64,000 bases of DNA from NCBI GenBank assembly GCA_001773215.1, contig MEWB01000001.1, positions 614,099 through 678,098 on the forward strand, given 5' to 3'. The number at the start of each line of letters is the position of its first letter. Position 1 is the stretch's first letter. The stretch comes from a candidate division WWE3 bacterium RIFOXYC1_FULL_40_10 (lineage in GTDB: Bacteria; Patescibacteriota; WWE3; UBA101185; UBA10185). Under the pieces are notes generated by a model. The model did not search any database. It was given only the letters and a program-made list of their open reading frames with translations, and was not told where the DNA came from. Positions 28,373 through 39,298 of the stretch are shown in pieces. The position numbers and the translations under genes are program-made.

Positions 28373-29503
28373 TTATTCCACATTTTCGGTTTTTTCTTCT
28401 GAAGCGGCTTTTTCTTCGGCCTTAGCGATCTTATCAGCAGCTTCCTGTTCGTTTACTTTTTGTATGGCTGCATCCCAAATTCCCACTATTTTCTTTTCAG
28501 ACTTCTCGGCTTGGTCTTTATTTCCTTCGGTTGCGGCAAAAGTCCCCGCAGCACCTTTAATGTCGATCTTCCACTTTGTTAGTTTGTTTGCCAATCTTGC
28601 ATTTTGCCCATCTTTGCCTATAGCTAAACTTTGCTGATCCTCCGGAACGGTCACAATTGCTCTATTCTCCTCTTTGTCCAAAACAACCTCCGTAACCTTA
28701 GAAGGTGCCAAACTTGCAGCTATAAACTTTTCAGTAATTATAGAAAAAGGCACGATATCAATTTTTTCCCCAAACAGCTCGCTTATTATAGATTGCACTC
28801 GAACGCCTTTTTGGCCTACACAACTTCCTACAGGATCTATTTTAGGATCTTTGGAAGAAACTGCAATTTTTGTTCTTGAACCGGCTTCTCTGGCAATAGC
28901 TTCTATAACAACTGTGCCTGTAGCTATCTCAGGAACTTCCTGCTCAAACAACCTGGCTACAAACTGAGGATCAGATCTGCTTACAATTATTTCTGTACCA
29001 CGCCCCGGATTTTGTCTAATATCTTTAACTAGAACCTTAATCTTTTGGTTTAATCTATAAACTTCCGAAGAAACCTGTTCGCTTTGAGGCATAACTCCCT
29101 GCGCCTTATTTTTCCCCAGGTCCATTATCACCAATTTCTCATCTACTCTAAACACCGTCCCGATCACGATTTGGCCTATTTTTTCGTGAAATTCTTCGAA
29201 CAAAACTTCCTTTTCGGTTTCTCTTATCTTTTGAAGTATAACTTGCTTGGCTGTTTGTGCCGCAATCCTTCCAAAACCCGAAGGAGTAACATCGGAACCA
29301 TCTTTTAATATCTTCATTTCACCTGTGTCAGGGTTTACTTCGGCCTCAAATTCCTCAACCTCAACATCCTCACCGGCTTCTTTTCTATCTTTTTTATAAG
29401 CAGTTAAAAGGGCCATCTTAATAGACTCTATAACACTGTCAACGGGAATTCCCCGCTCAGTAGCCACTTGGTTTAACGCTGCACTAAATTCTGTTATTGC
29501 CAT
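28373..29503 (-). CDS. nusA: Transcription termination/antitermination factor NusA
   Basis: NTD + S1 + two KH domains, acidic C-terminal tail. Confidence 0.9.
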   Translation of the reverse strand: MAITEFSAALNQVATERGIPVDSVIESIKMALLTAYKKDRKEAGEDVEVEEFEAEVNPDTGEMKILKDGSDVTPSGFGRIAAQTAKQVILQKIRETEKEVLFEEFHEKIGQIVIGTVFRVDEKLVIMDLGKNKAQGVMPQSEQVSSEVYRLNQKIKVLVKDIRQNPGRGTEIIVSRSDPQFVARLFEQEVPEIATGTVVIEAIAREAGSRTKIAVSSKDPKIDPVGSCVGQKGVRVQSIISELFGEKIDIVPFSIITEKFIAASLAPSKVTEVVLDKEENRAIVTVPEDQQSLAIGKDGQNARLANKLTKWKIDIKGAAGTFAATEGNKDQAEKSEKKIVGIWDAAIQKVNEQEAADKIAKAEEKAASEEKTENVE

Positions 29504-29607
29504 ATATACCTATTATATTCAAAAAGGCGGGACTTTTCACCCACCTAAATAAATCTATACATAAACTAACATGTGTATACTACTACATTTACGCCAACAA
29601 TACCATA

Positions 29608-30528
29608 CTAGGCCTTCTGATACTCCTCGAGTAAACTTCTCTGCTTTCTGTTTAGCCTTTGTGGGATTTTTATGGCTACCTGCACCAAAGCACTACCTCT
29701 GGCGGAAGAGTTTACCTTTGGCAAGCCTTTCCCTTTTATAAGAAACTTTGTATTAGGCTGGGTACCTGCGGGTATTTTGAGCTGGGTTTTCCCAATACCC
29801 GTACGAGAATTAGTGTCAACAACCGGAATTTCGACATTGCCTCCCAAAGCGGCTGTTATAAAATCCAGTTCAAGTGAAATTACAATGTCTGATCCCACTA
29901 TTGAAAACTCACGAGGCGATTTAACTCTTACACTGATGTATAAGTCTCCTTTTGGAATATCCGCCGACTGGCCTGCCATCCCTTTTCCCGAAAATTTAAT
30001 CTCTGTCCCGTCTCTAATCCCAGCGGGAATTTTTATTTTCACGTTTCCACTTTCAATCCTTATATCCCTTTCTATGCCTAATACTGCATCACTAAATTCA
30101 ATGTGTAGCTCGTAATATAAGTTTTTGCCCTGCTTTGGTCTTCTATTTCCGCCATATCCTCTAAACCCGAATATCTCTTCAAACACATCAAAGGGGTCAA
30201 AACCCCCACCCATATCAAAAGGGTTTCCGCCTGCCGAATATGAATATGTAAATGGCCCCCAAGAACCCCCGGCTTGGCCATTTCCCGGTTGTCCGCCCAT
30301 TCCTGCATGGCCAAACTGATCGTACATTTTTCGTTTTTGTGGATCACTTAAAATTTGATATGCCTCATTAATCTCTTTAAATTTCCTCTCAGCTTGCTCC
30401 TTATCCTCTCTAGCCACCATATCAGGATGGTGAGCTTTGGCCATTTTTTTATAGGCCTGCTTTATATCGCTATCACTAGCAGTCTTTGGAACTCCCAGTA
30501 TTTCGTAGTAATCTATCTTAGTTGACAT
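29608..30528 (-). CDS. DnaJ-family co-chaperone (J domain + G/F region + CTD, no CxxCxGxG zinc finger; CbpA-like)
   Basis: YYEILGV...HPD J-domain, Gly/Phe-rich linker, C-terminal substrate-binding domains. Confidence 0.75.
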   Translation of the reverse strand: MSTKIDYYEILGVPKTASDSDIKQAYKKMAKAHHPDMVAREDKEQAERKFKEINEAYQILSDPQKRKMYDQFGHAGMGGQPGNGQAGGSWGPFTYSYSAGGNPFDMGGGFDPFDVFEEIFGFRGYGGNRRPKQGKNLYYELHIEFSDAVLGIERDIRIESGNVKIKIPAGIRDGTEIKFSGKGMAGQSADIPKGDLYISVRVKSPREFSIVGSDIVISLELDFITAALGGNVEIPVVDTNSRTGIGKTQLKIPAGTQPNTKFLIKGKGLPKVNSSARGSALVQVAIKIPQRLNRKQRSLLEEYQKA

Positions 30529-30634
30529 AACGTTGTTTATTCTAGCACCCGGATTTTAAGATTGCCAGGGCAATTTGCCTATAATACTACGGGATAGTAT
30601 AATGCCAGAAATATCACAAAAGGAGATAGCTTTT

Positions 30635-31069
30635 ATGTTAAACAGATCTTTCTTGCGATTTGTTGAAATGCTGATAGTTTTGGTTTTAGTCGAGTATGTT
30701 AGTACCAACTCCATCGCGTTTGCACTTCAGGACATCTTCCATTCCAAAACAGTTGGTATCGTAATTGCCTTGGCCTTCTGTTCAATGGATGGGATGGAAA
30801 TCGGAATCATCTCAACCCCTAAGATTAACAGGCGGTACATCTGGTTATGGATCGGCCTTTTGGCGATTAGCACAGCTTTTGCGTGGTGGGGAATGTACCT
30901 AGCTGCTAGTCAGGCATACATCCAGAGTGAGTGGCACGGAATCGTGGTGATGGTGCTTCCACTGCTAGTGGCGGTAATAATGTTTTTCGGGCGCTTCGGA
31001 TTGATTTTAGCCTGCGCAGCAGAATTATGGGGGCAAAAAGCTATCGAAAACGTATTTTTGCGACAATAA
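30635..31069 (+). CDS. Hypothetical small membrane protein
   Basis: Start at ATG after AAAGGAGA; 4 predicted TM helices; GC is elevated versus neighbours. Confidence 0.4.
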   Translation: MLNRSFLRFVEMLIVLVLVEYVSTNSIAFALQDIFHSKTVGIVIALAFCSMDGMEIGIISTPKINRRYIWLWIGLLAISTAFAWWGMYLAASQAYIQSEWHGIVVMVLPLLVAVIMFFGRFGLILACAAELWGQKAIENVFLRQ

Positions 31070-31080
31070 TGAGGTGAAGC

Positions 31081-31482
31081 ATGGAAACATCGAAAAAGCT
31101 TAAAATCCTGGGCTACTTGGTTGCAGTGAACGGCTATGTAGGACTTGTCTACATTGTCGTTTTGCTGGCCTTCGCAATGACGACTTTCTTCACATGCTCT
31201 TACGTCGTGGGCGTAGATTCAGCACTAGTCTTTTGTATAGTAGATCTGATTGCGGTACTTATACTTCCGCGATTCGGGAAATATGCCCTGACAATGGCAA
31301 CTGTGGTTTGGAGCTTTGTAATATCGATAATCCAGGGAATTGGCCTGGTTAAGATCTTCGAACAAAGCTTCGGGGCTACCGACTCTCTCATGGCCATTAC
31401 ACTTATATTGGCCACCATATTGTTGATTGTAGCTCGAGTTATGATCGTCGTAACTTATGGCAAGAATGGAAACTTACGCTGA
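31081..31482 (+). CDS. Hypothetical small membrane protein (likely paralogue of the preceding gene)
   Basis: Four hydrophobic helices, GGTGA RBS, followed by an intrinsic terminator. Confidence 0.4.
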   Translation: METSKKLKILGYLVAVNGYVGLVYIVVLLAFAMTTFFTCSYVVGVDSALVFCIVDLIAVLILPRFGKYALTMATVVWSFVISIIQGIGLVKIFEQSFGATDSLMAITLILATILLIVARVMIVVTYGKNGNLR

Positions 31483-31491
31483 TGATTTACA

Positions 31492-31523
31492 AGACCGGAA
31501 TTTTAAACTCCGGTCTTTTTTTA
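31492..31523 (+). terminator. Intrinsic terminator (AGACCGG-loop-CCGGTCT + T7)
   Basis: Seen directly after the 31081..31482 ORF. Confidence 0.65.
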
Positions 31524-31535
31524 TGATTAAAATCG

Positions 31536-31565
31536 AAAAACCCCCGGGGGACGGGGGTTTTTCTT
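31536..31565. terminator. Bidirectional intrinsic terminator (A5-CCCCCG-loop-CGGGGG-T5), probably serving hup on the minus strand
   Basis: Seen directly. Confidence 0.6.
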
Positions 31566-31592
31566 TTATTAGTATTAACAAACGAAAAGACG

Positions 31593-31865
31593 TTATTTAA
31601 CAGCGTCTTTTAGTCCTTTACCAGACTTGAAAGCAGGTGTCTTGCTTGCAGGAATGTGTAATGGAGCACCGGTTTGTGGGTTTCTTCCCATTCTTGCCGC
31701 TCTTTGTCGAACTTCGAATGTTCCGAATCCTGTCCAGGTAACTTTTTCGCCTCTCTTTAATGCCTCTACTATCACATCAACTACGGCATCAACAGCTCTG
31801 GCGGAGTCTACTTTTGTCATTCCAGCTTTATCTGCTACTTTTGCAATTAAATCTTGCTTAACCAC
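31593..31865 (-). CDS. hup: Histone-like DNA-binding protein HU
   Basis: ...[44 protein letters not shown] is the HU signature. GTG start chosen 6 nt after AAGGGGGTG; the track's longer N-terminus is probably not translated. Confidence 0.8.
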   Translation of the reverse strand: MVKQDLIAKVADKAGMTKVDSARAVDAVVDVIVEALKRGEKVTWTGFGTFEVRQRAARMGRNPQTGAPLHIPASKTPAFKSGKGLKDAVK

Positions 31866-31929
31866 AATTAACACCCCCTTCCAATAAAAATGCCTGGTGG
31901 CAAAATTTCTATTATAAACAACCAAGCTA

Positions 31930-32709
31930 CTAAACTAGCAGCTTGTCCACACGCGAGATCGTCATCTCCCGTGTATCCAATAATACACTTCTAAAAGCTT
32001 TTCTACCAGAATCTTCCCACTCAAACCGTTGATTCTGTGCAGTTAAAAATTGCTTAATGATAATTTCACTCTTTACTCCTATCACCGAATCAATAATTCC
32101 GGTCATACCAACATCAGTGATATACATTGTCCCTTTGGGCATAACCATTTGGTCGCAAGTTGGAACATGGCTGTGAGAGCCGATAATTGCAGTAACTCTT
32201 CCGTCCAGATAATTTGCAATCGCATATTTTTCACTTGTCACATCTGCGTGGAAGTCGAGAATTGAAACGGCAATATTTTCTTTTGCAGTTTCTTCTAATA
32301 TTTTGTCTGCTGTTGTGAATGGATCTTCTACGTAACAATTCAAGCCCCCTGAGGATCTGCCGAGTAAGTTAAAAATAAGCACTTTACCGTTTTTACCGGT
32401 ATCAAGTATTTCATATCTTTTACCTGGAACTCTTTTAGGATAATTCGCCGGAATTACTAGAGGTACATTATCAATAAAATCCTCAGTCCCTTTTTCCCAG
32501 AAAATATGATCTCCACTTGTAAAAAAGTTGATACCACAGGTGATCATTTGTTGGAGTTTTTCTTCGGTAACGCCACGCCCGCCAGATAGGTTTTCTGCGT
32601 TAGATAAAACAAGGTCAGGTTTGTAGTCCGAAATTACCCATGGCAACACTTCTTTTACAGCTTTTCTGCCAGGGCCGGCTACAATTTCGCCTACAAACAA
32701 AATCTTCAT
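31930..32709 (-). CDS. ymdB: YmdB-family metallophosphoesterase (2',3'-cyclic-nucleotide phosphodiesterase-like, TIGR00282)
   Basis: [15 protein letters not shown]...GDHIFW is the YmdB signature; immediately downstream of rny as in Bacillus. Confidence 0.8.
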   Translation of the reverse strand: MKILFVGEIVAGPGRKAVKEVLPWVISDYKPDLVLSNAENLSGGRGVTEEKLQQMITCGINFFTSGDHIFWEKGTEDFIDNVPLVIPANYPKRVPGKRYEILDTGKNGKVLIFNLLGRSSGGLNCYVEDPFTTADKILEETAKENIAVSILDFHADVTSEKYAIANYLDGRVTAIIGSHSHVPTCDQMVMPKGTMYITDVGMTGIIDSVIGVKSEIIIKQFLTAQNQRFEWEDSGRKAFRSVLLDTREMTISRVDKLLV

Positions 32710-32776
32710 AACGAATGAAAATTTACCTTAATTTTGTTGTAATAACAAGCTGTGCGCATTGCAATATTTTTCTCGT

Positions 32777-34267
32777 TTATTTTGCGGTCTCTACAACCCT
32801 GGTTTCCCTTATCACAATAACCTTAACTACCCCAGGATACGTTTGTTCCAGTTCGATCTTTTTCGCAATTTCCCTTGCCAGATAAGCCGTCGAGTAGTCA
32901 TCAACCTTTTCGGGAGACACAAAAACCCTCACTTCTCGTCCTGCTGACACGGCAAATACTTTATCGACTCCATCAAATGAAAGGGCGGCTGCTTCCAAAT
33001 CTTTTAGCCTTTTAACATAAGATTCATAGTCTTCGCTTCTTGCACCAGGCCGAGCTCCGCTTACATGGTCTGCCAAGTTTACGATTGCTGATTCCACATG
33101 GCTAAACGGTTTATCTTCATGGTGTTCCGCCACACAATCTATTACTTTTTGTGACATTTTATGCTTTGTTAGCAAATCGACTCCAAGCTGCACATGAGTA
33201 CCTTCATCTTCAGTTACTACCTTTCCGATATCGTGGAATAGGCAGCCTAACCTAACGGCCTCAACATCGGCATTCACTTCTCGAGCAATTGCTACCCCAA
33301 TTCTGGCTTCTTCCAAGGTATGCTCGATCATATTTTGTCCATATGAAAATCTATATTTGAACCTTCCAAGCATTTGTACCAAATCTTTAGCGAGATCATA
33401 TACCCCAAGTTTATGACACAAATCATCCCCGGCTTTAAACATTATTTGATCAATCTCTGACTTTGCTTTGTTAACAACCTCTTCAATTCTAGCCGGCTGA
33501 ATTCTCCCGTCTGCGACTAATCTTTCAAGTGCGAGCCTAGCAACCTCTCTACGAACTGTATCAAAGCACGAAACAATAATTTCTCCCGGAGACGAATCTA
33601 AATCAAGATCAACCCCCGTTAGTTCTTCGAAAGTCCTGATATTTCGTCCTTCCTTTCCAATTATTCTTCCTTTTAGCTCTTCATCAGGAAGTTTCACTTT
33701 TGAAGTTGTGTATTCAACTACTAAATCTGTGGCACCAAATCTCATGGCGCTGACTAAAATTTCCTGAGATAGTTTGCTTTCTTCTTTTTTTATTTCTTCT
33801 TCCATGTGTCGAATCTTTTTGCCTTTTTCTTCGGCCAACTCTTTATCAAGTTGCCTCATAAGCAAATCTCGGGCTTCGTCTTTTGAGAGTGATGCAATTT
33901 TTTCCAGTTCTCCTTTTCTTCTTTTAAGCAGTTCCTCAACCTCTTCGGTTTTTAGGTCGATCTTTTCCTTGGCGGCTTTCACATCTTTAGCTTTTTGTGC
34001 AAGCTCACGCATTTGAGCAGCTAAATCGGCTTTTTGCTCTGCATATTTCTTCTCAAATTCTAAAGCCGTCTCTTTAATTTTTCTGGCTTCATCCTCAGCT
34101 GAGGTGCGTATACTTAAAGACTGATCTTTTGCCTCTATAATTATTTCCTTGGCTCTTGTTCTTGCTTTTTCTACCAACGGTGCACTCTCAACATTCATAT
34201 CTTGAGCGGGTGCTACAACAACAGTTTCTTTAGAAAACAAATTTTTCAATAAATTCCAAAACGACAT
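32777..34267 (-). CDS. rny: Ribonuclease Y
   Basis: Coiled-coil N-region, KH domain, HD domain (HDIGK). Confidence 0.85.
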   Translation of the reverse strand: MSFWNLLKNLFSKETVVVAPAQDMNVESAPLVEKARTRAKEIIIEAKDQSLSIRTSAEDEARKIKETALEFEKKYAEQKADLAAQMRELAQKAKDVKAAKEKIDLKTEEVEELLKRRKGELEKIASLSKDEARDLLMRQLDKELAEEKGKKIRHMEEEIKKEESKLSQEILVSAMRFGATDLVVEYTTSKVKLPDEELKGRIIGKEGRNIRTFEELTGVDLDLDSSPGEIIVSCFDTVRREVARLALERLVADGRIQPARIEEVVNKAKSEIDQIMFKAGDDLCHKLGVYDLAKDLVQMLGRFKYRFSYGQNMIEHTLEEARIGVAIAREVNADVEAVRLGCLFHDIGKVVTEDEGTHVQLGVDLLTKHKMSQKVIDCVAEHHEDKPFSHVESAIVNLADHVSGARPGARSEDYESYVKRLKDLEAAALSFDGVDKVFAVSAGREVRVFVSPEKVDDYSTAYLAREIAKKIELEQTYPGVVKVIVIRETRVVETAK

Positions 34268-34456
34268 ATAATTCCTCCACTAAAACAACAACTAATAATT
34301 GGTATTGCCATGAAAAAGGATTTCAAAAACCGAGTATACAAACAAAGCGGCACCGTAGGCTTTTATTTAACTCAAAAAAATCCGGTTTATTCAGTGAATT
34401 CATAGCAATTTCAAGTTGATTTTAGTAGATTTAAGGGAAAATAACAAGCTGCAACT

Positions 34457-36118
34457 TTAATTGTTGTACCACCCGCTTGGGTAGCTTGAATAAGAGACTT
34501 CCTCGGAGAAATCCCCCTCCCTGCATCCGTTAACTCCTCTTAGTTTAATCTTTTGCCAGGAGGCTACGTTGGGTAAAAATTCGTGTCCATCATTCTTGGA
34601 TTTAGCTATTTCCCAGGGGTAACTCCCTGTTCCATCATCAATTCGTATTTTCACGTGTTGGGAATCATATTGTGTCCAGGTTAGATACATTCCATTGTCT
34701 TTGGGCTCGAGCTGAATCCAGGTCGTTTCCTCAGGTTCTCTATCTTTGCAGGAAGTGTCTTTGAGAAAGGTAAGTGTGTAAAAAGGTTTCATAAAGATGA
34801 TATGTACAGCACCACGATCAGTACCCCCATTATCATCATACCAAGCTCCAATAACTATGTCGTGAATCCCATCATCATTAAGATCACCGGGGTCAGATAC
34901 TGAAATACCAAAAGCATCAGAATCAGATAAAACGGGGCCGTTCACTGTACTGTCATTTATTTCTGTCGTACTCTTTACAGAACCGTCCCTATTCATAAAG
35001 TGAATGTGTAAAGCTCCTCGATTCGTACCACCATTGTCGTCTCCAGTAGCTCCTACTGCTAAATCCTGTATCTCATCGTTATTCAAATCCCCCAAGGTTA
35101 CTACCGAAGCCCCATATCCATCTAAATCGGAAAGTTGGGGTCCATTCGTTGTACCGTTGTTTATCTCTACTGTGCTTTTTACCGATCCGTCTCTATTCAT
35201 AAAATGAATGTGTACCGTTCCTCTATTGCTGCCACCAGTGTCATCTAGGTTGCCACCTACAGCTACGTCCTGTATCCCATCGTTATTTAGATCCCCTATG
35301 TTTGCAATAGAAAACCCATATGTATCAGTATCAGATAAAACAGGACCGTTCTCGGTGCTATCATTTATTTCTACCGTACTCTTTATAGAACCATCTTTGT
35401 TCATAAAATGTATGTGTACCGCTCCTCTTGAACTACCTCCATTATCATCTCCGCGTGCACCTACTGCTAAGTCCTGTGTTCCATCACTATCCAAATCTCC
35501 TATATTTGATACTGATCTTCCGTAAAAATCATTATCCAAAAGATCCGGACCATTTGCTGTAGTATCATTTATCTCCACTGTGCTTTTTACCGATCCGTCT
35601 CTATTCATAAAATGTATATGTACTGTTCCTCTATCTGTACCACCAGCATCATCATATTGGGCGCCTACAGCTAGGTCCTGTATACCATCGTTATTTAGAT
35701 CCCCTATGTTTGCAATAGAAAAACCGTAAGTATCAGCATCCGATAAAACAGGACCGTTTTCTGTGCTATCATTTATTTCTACCGTACTCTTTATTGAGCC
35801 GTCTTTGTTCATAAAGTGTATGTGTACCGCTCCTCTAGAAGTACCTCCATTGTCATCAAAAGCTGAGCCTGCGGATAAATCCTGTACCCCATCGTTATTT
35901 AAATCTCCTATGTTTGCTACTGCAACCCCGAAATAGTCAGTATTATCAAGTAGTGGCCCGTTTGCCGTTCCATCATTTATCTCCACCGTGGATAAGACTT
36001 CTCCATTGTTATAAAAATGTTTCTTGGTGCTGGCGTAGACGGGATTGGAAAGACTACCTGAACACAGGACACACGCCGTATATGCAGATAAGATAAGAAC
36101 TATGCGATTTTTGGGCAC
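34457..36118 (-). CDS. Secreted FG-GAP repeat (integrin-alpha-like beta-propeller) protein
   Basis: Signal peptide; at least 7 tandem ~66-aa repeats each carrying DLNNDGxQD calcium-loop and F/YG-...-GAP motifs; C-terminal beta-rich domain. Confidence 0.75.
   Translation of the reverse strand: MPKNRIVLILSAYTACVLCSGSLSNPVYASTKKHFYNNGEVLSTVEINDGTANGPLLDNTDYFGVAVANIGDLNNDGVQDLSAGSAFDDNGGTSRGAVHIHFMNKDGSIKSTVEINDSTENGPVLSDADTYGFSIANIGDLNNDGIQDLAVGAQYDDAGGTDRGTVHIHFMNRDGSVKSTVEINDTTANGPDLLDNDFYGRSVSNIGDLDSDGTQDLAVGARGDDNGGSSRGAVHIHFMNKDGSIKSTVEINDSTENGPVLSDTDTYGFSIANIGDLNNDGIQDVAVGGNLDDTGGSNRGTVHIHFMNRDGSVKSTVEINNGTTNGPQLSDLDGYGASVVTLGDLNNDEIQDLAVGATGDDNGGTNRGALHIHFMNRDGSVKSTTEINDSTVNGPVLSDSDAFGISVSDPGDLNDDGIHDIVIGAWYDDNGGTDRGAVHIIFMKPFYTLTFLKDTSCKDREPEETTWIQLEPKDNGMYLTWTQYDSQHVKIRIDDGTGSYPWEIAKSKNDGHEFLPNVASWQKIKLRGVNGCREGDFSEEVSYSSYPSGWYNN
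34860..36000. repeat. Intragenic tandem DNA repeats (FG-GAP blades), about 198/405-bp period; the best pair (around 35285..35480 vs 35692..35885) is about 90% identical
   Basis: Near-identical nucleotide stretches seen directly; antisense ORFs in the track are repeat artefacts. Confidence 0.7.
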
Positions 36119-36138
36119 TATAAATATGATATAGAAAC

Positions 36139-36606
36139 TTAATCAGTATTGGAAGTAACTTCTTCGATTAATTCGTACCTATATCCCTTGGATAACAGAT
36201 ACTTTTTTAATAATTCTGGCTTCTTTCGGGTTTTTTGAATAATATTAGCAATACACTCTTTTTCAAAAGTTTCCGGTATTTGTGCGAGCGAAGCATCTAT
36301 CGTATCGCTTTTGAATCTTTTTTTGTACAGAAAGTTTTGAATGGACCGTATACTTCTAGGTTGAGTAGAATTGACAAAGCTTTGAACATACATGTTTACG
36401 CTTTTAACCTCATCAAATGCTTCGTCCTCAGATGTTTTATCACGGATAATTTTCACAACCAAAACTAAATCTTCGTCAGATACCTCTGAAAGGTATGTAG
36501 AACACAAGGTTTTCAGCTTATCAGTTACTTCCCTTTCACTGCGGGGTTTGTAATAGGCATAATCAAGCAGTTTCTGATAGATCTTTCCTGTTAATTCTTC
36601 CAACAT
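36139..36606 (-). CDS. recX: RecX-like regulatory protein
   Basis: 155-aa helical protein immediately downstream of recA, with three-helix-repeat RecX-like composition. Assignment rests partly on context. Confidence 0.6.
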   Translation of the reverse strand: MLEELTGKIYQKLLDYAYYKPRSEREVTDKLKTLCSTYLSEVSDEDLVLVVKIIRDKTSEDEAFDEVKSVNMYVQSFVNSTQPRSIRSIQNFLYKKRFKSDTIDASLAQIPETFEKECIANIIQKTRKKPELLKKYLLSKGYRYELIEEVTSNTD

Positions 36607-36615
36607 CTCTATAGT

Positions 36616-37740
36616 TTACTCTTCCGCGTTCGCCGATATATTGTCCTCTATTGGGGCGGCATCCTCATCGTCGGCATTGGAACCAATCGACATTGGAAGT
36701 TCAGCTTTTTGCTTCACCATATCCTTAATCTTTTTTTCAATTTCAGGTACTAATTTCGGATTTTCCTTTAGATAGATCTTGGCAGCATCTCTACCCTGAC
36801 CCAGTTTTTGACCCTCGTACTCATACCAAGATCCACTCTTCTTTACAACGCCAAACTCTACTCCAACATCTATCAAACTTCCTTCTTTACTAATACCTTC
36901 CAAGAACATTATGTCAAAGTCGGCGGTTCTAAAAGGTGGGGCAACTTTGTTTTTAACTATCTTGGCCCGCACTTTAATTCCGGAGAAATCATTCCCACTC
37001 TTTATTGATTGTGTTCTTCTAACTTCTATTCTCACTGAGGCATAGTATTTTAGCGCCTTGCCGCCTGCAGTTGTTTCGGGGTTTCCAAACATCACACCAA
37101 TTTTAGTTCTCAACTGGTTCGTAAAAATCACAGAACAATTCGACTTGCTAACAGCTCCCGTGATTCTTCTTAAAGCCTGGCTCATCAACCTTGCTTGCAT
37201 AGCAATAAAGCTATCCCCAATTTCACCTTCCAACTCGGCTCTGGGAACCAAGGCCGCCACGGAGTCAATTGCAATAACATCCACAGCATTAGACCTAATT
37301 AAGGTTTCGGCAATATCTAAAGCTTGTTCACCTGTGTCAGGTTGGGAGATCAAGAGATTATCAACATCAACGCCGGTTTTTTCCGCATATGTAGGATCAA
37401 AGGCGTGCTCTGCATCTATTAGGGCAGCCGTCCCTCCGAGTTTTTGTGCTTCTGCTATGATGTGCTGCACCACTGTGGTCTTACCCGAAGATTCCGGCCC
37501 ATATATCTCAATAATTCTCCCGCGCGGAATTCCGCCTATGCCAAGAGCCAAATCCAAAGCGATCGACCCTGTTGGAATAACCGGTATTGTTCGGTCTCCA
37601 GGTCTTTCACCTAGCTTCATAATTGAGCCTTTTCCAAAACTTTTCTCGATTTGAGAAAGGGCCGTTCTTAAAGCCAGCTCTTTATTCTTTTGCATTGTGT
37701 TGGTGGAATCGTTTGGTTGAACTTGCTGTTTTTGTGTCAT
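36616..37740 (-). CDS. recA: Recombinase RecA
   Basis: GPESSGKTT Walker A, L1/L2 loops, full-length 374 aa. Confidence 0.95.
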   Translation of the reverse strand: MTQKQQVQPNDSTNTMQKNKELALRTALSQIEKSFGKGSIMKLGERPGDRTIPVIPTGSIALDLALGIGGIPRGRIIEIYGPESSGKTTVVQHIIAEAQKLGGTAALIDAEHAFDPTYAEKTGVDVDNLLISQPDTGEQALDIAETLIRSNAVDVIAIDSVAALVPRAELEGEIGDSFIAMQARLMSQALRRITGAVSKSNCSVIFTNQLRTKIGVMFGNPETTAGGKALKYYASVRIEVRRTQSIKSGNDFSGIKVRAKIVKNKVAPPFRTADFDIMFLEGISKEGSLIDVGVEFGVVKKSGSWYEYEGQKLGQGRDAAKIYLKENPKLVPEIEKKIKDMVKQKAELPMSIGSNADDEDAAPIEDNISANAEE

Positions 37741-37807
37741 AGTAAAAATACTATAGCAGGGTAGGGATTTTTAACAAGAGGCATTATTCCATCCACAGTG
37801 GAAAGTC

Positions 37808-39277
37808 CTATATTTTTAATCTCTCTAAGGTTTGATCTTTTCCTAAAAGCGACAATACATCAAACAAAGGAGGTGTTGCAGTTTTTCCGGTTAAAAATAC
37901 CCGCAAGGTCATAAAGGCTTCTTTCGGCTTATAGCCGTATTTTTCTAACAGTTCATGTGAATATTTGTCTAAATATTCGGTATTCCAATCACCCTCGGAA
38001 ACCCTTTCGTATTCTCCGGCAAAGTTAGTAATTATCTCTTTGGCAGTTGCCTCATTCCCGGCATATGAAACTGTCATTGATATATCTACAGAAGGCCTGA
38101 TATAAAAAAACTCTGTTAACTCACTAAACTCCTTTAATACCTTAAGTCTTTCCTTTATCAAGCTGATTACTTTTATATTAAACTCATCATTTTTTGCACT
38201 CGAAAGTAGGGCTACATTATACTTCTGCGCCCACTTTGTAACTTCCTCCCAAAGCTGTGAGTCAGTTAATTGCCTTATGTAAATCCCATTAAGCCACAAA
38301 AGCTTGTCTCTATCGAAAGCTACTAAATCGGTATGTTGAATTTTTTTTGTGTCAAAGTCTTGGACAAACTCTTCAAGTGTATAAATTTCCTTTTCGGTAC
38401 CTGGATTCCACCCTAAGAACATCAGAAAATTCACTAGAGCCGGTACTAGATATCCCTCTTCTAAGAACTCCCTGGCAGACACAGGCCCAAACCTTTTAGA
38501 CAGTTTTTTATTGGCCCCTTTTTCTTTGATATTAGGAAGGTGTGCAGTTATAGGCATCTTCCAGCCAAAAGCACGGTACAACAACACATGCTTTGGTGTC
38601 GAGGGCACCCAATCGGTACCACGCATAATGTGTGTAACACCCATTAGGTGATCATCAACTACAACAGCTAAATGGTATGTGGGATAGCCGTCTGATTTAA
38701 GTAAAACTTGATCGTCAATATCAGAAGAATTAAACGTGATATCACCAAGTATCTCGTCATGAAAAGATATTTCCTCGTTTTCAGGAACTTTCAAACGGAT
38801 TACATAAGGTGTGTTACTTGCTAATTTCTGTTCTATCTCGGTTTGCGACAGTTTCAGGCAGGCGCGATCATATCTGGTTGCCGAAACTCCCTGCTTTTGT
38901 TGAACTTCCCGTAGTTCGGCTAATCTTTCCGAAGTGCAAAAACAGTAATAGGCATGTTTTTTTTCTACCAGCTCTAAGGCGTACTTCTTATATAAATTCA
39001 ATCTTTCAGACTGAACGTAAGGACCAAACTTTCCTTCAGCTTCCGGCCCCTCATCCCATGAAAAGCCGTAATCTCTAATCACGTCGAGGATTTTTTCAGT
39101 AGCATCAGGCACAAACCTGGTCCTATCGGTATCTTCGATTCGAACAATAAACTTTCCACCATGCTTTCTTGCATAAGCTATGTTATAGAGCAGTGTTCTT
39201 ATATGACCTATATGATATTCTCCGGTCGGGCTCGGAGCCATTCGGGTTCTTACCCCCTTGAAAGTTGTTTCTTCCAT
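37808..39277 (-). CDS. gltX: Glutamyl-tRNA synthetase
   Basis: HIGH (PSPTGEYHIGH) and KLSKR motifs; class I catalytic core. Confidence 0.9.
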   Translation of the reverse strand: MEETTFKGVRTRMAPSPTGEYHIGHIRTLLYNIAYARKHGGKFIVRIEDTDRTRFVPDATEKILDVIRDYGFSWDEGPEAEGKFGPYVQSERLNLYKKYALELVEKKHAYYCFCTSERLAELREVQQKQGVSATRYDRACLKLSQTEIEQKLASNTPYVIRLKVPENEEISFHDEILGDITFNSSDIDDQVLLKSDGYPTYHLAVVVDDHLMGVTHIMRGTDWVPSTPKHVLLYRAFGWKMPITAHLPNIKEKGANKKLSKRFGPVSAREFLEEGYLVPALVNFLMFLGWNPGTEKEIYTLEEFVQDFDTKKIQHTDLVAFDRDKLLWLNGIYIRQLTDSQLWEEVTKWAQKYNVALLSSAKNDEFNIKVISLIKERLKVLKEFSELTEFFYIRPSVDISMTVSYAGNEATAKEIITNFAGEYERVSEGDWNTEYLDKYSHELLEKYGYKPKEAFMTLRVFLTGKTATPPLFDVLSLLGKDQTLERLKI

Positions 39278-39298
39278 GGGAGCATTCTAGCATATATA

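Noticed and set aside
35004-35525. Plus-strand ORFs of 67 and 105 aa inside the FG-GAP gene
   Set aside because: They are repeat-driven antisense frames with low-complexity Ser/Pro-rich translations; not genes.
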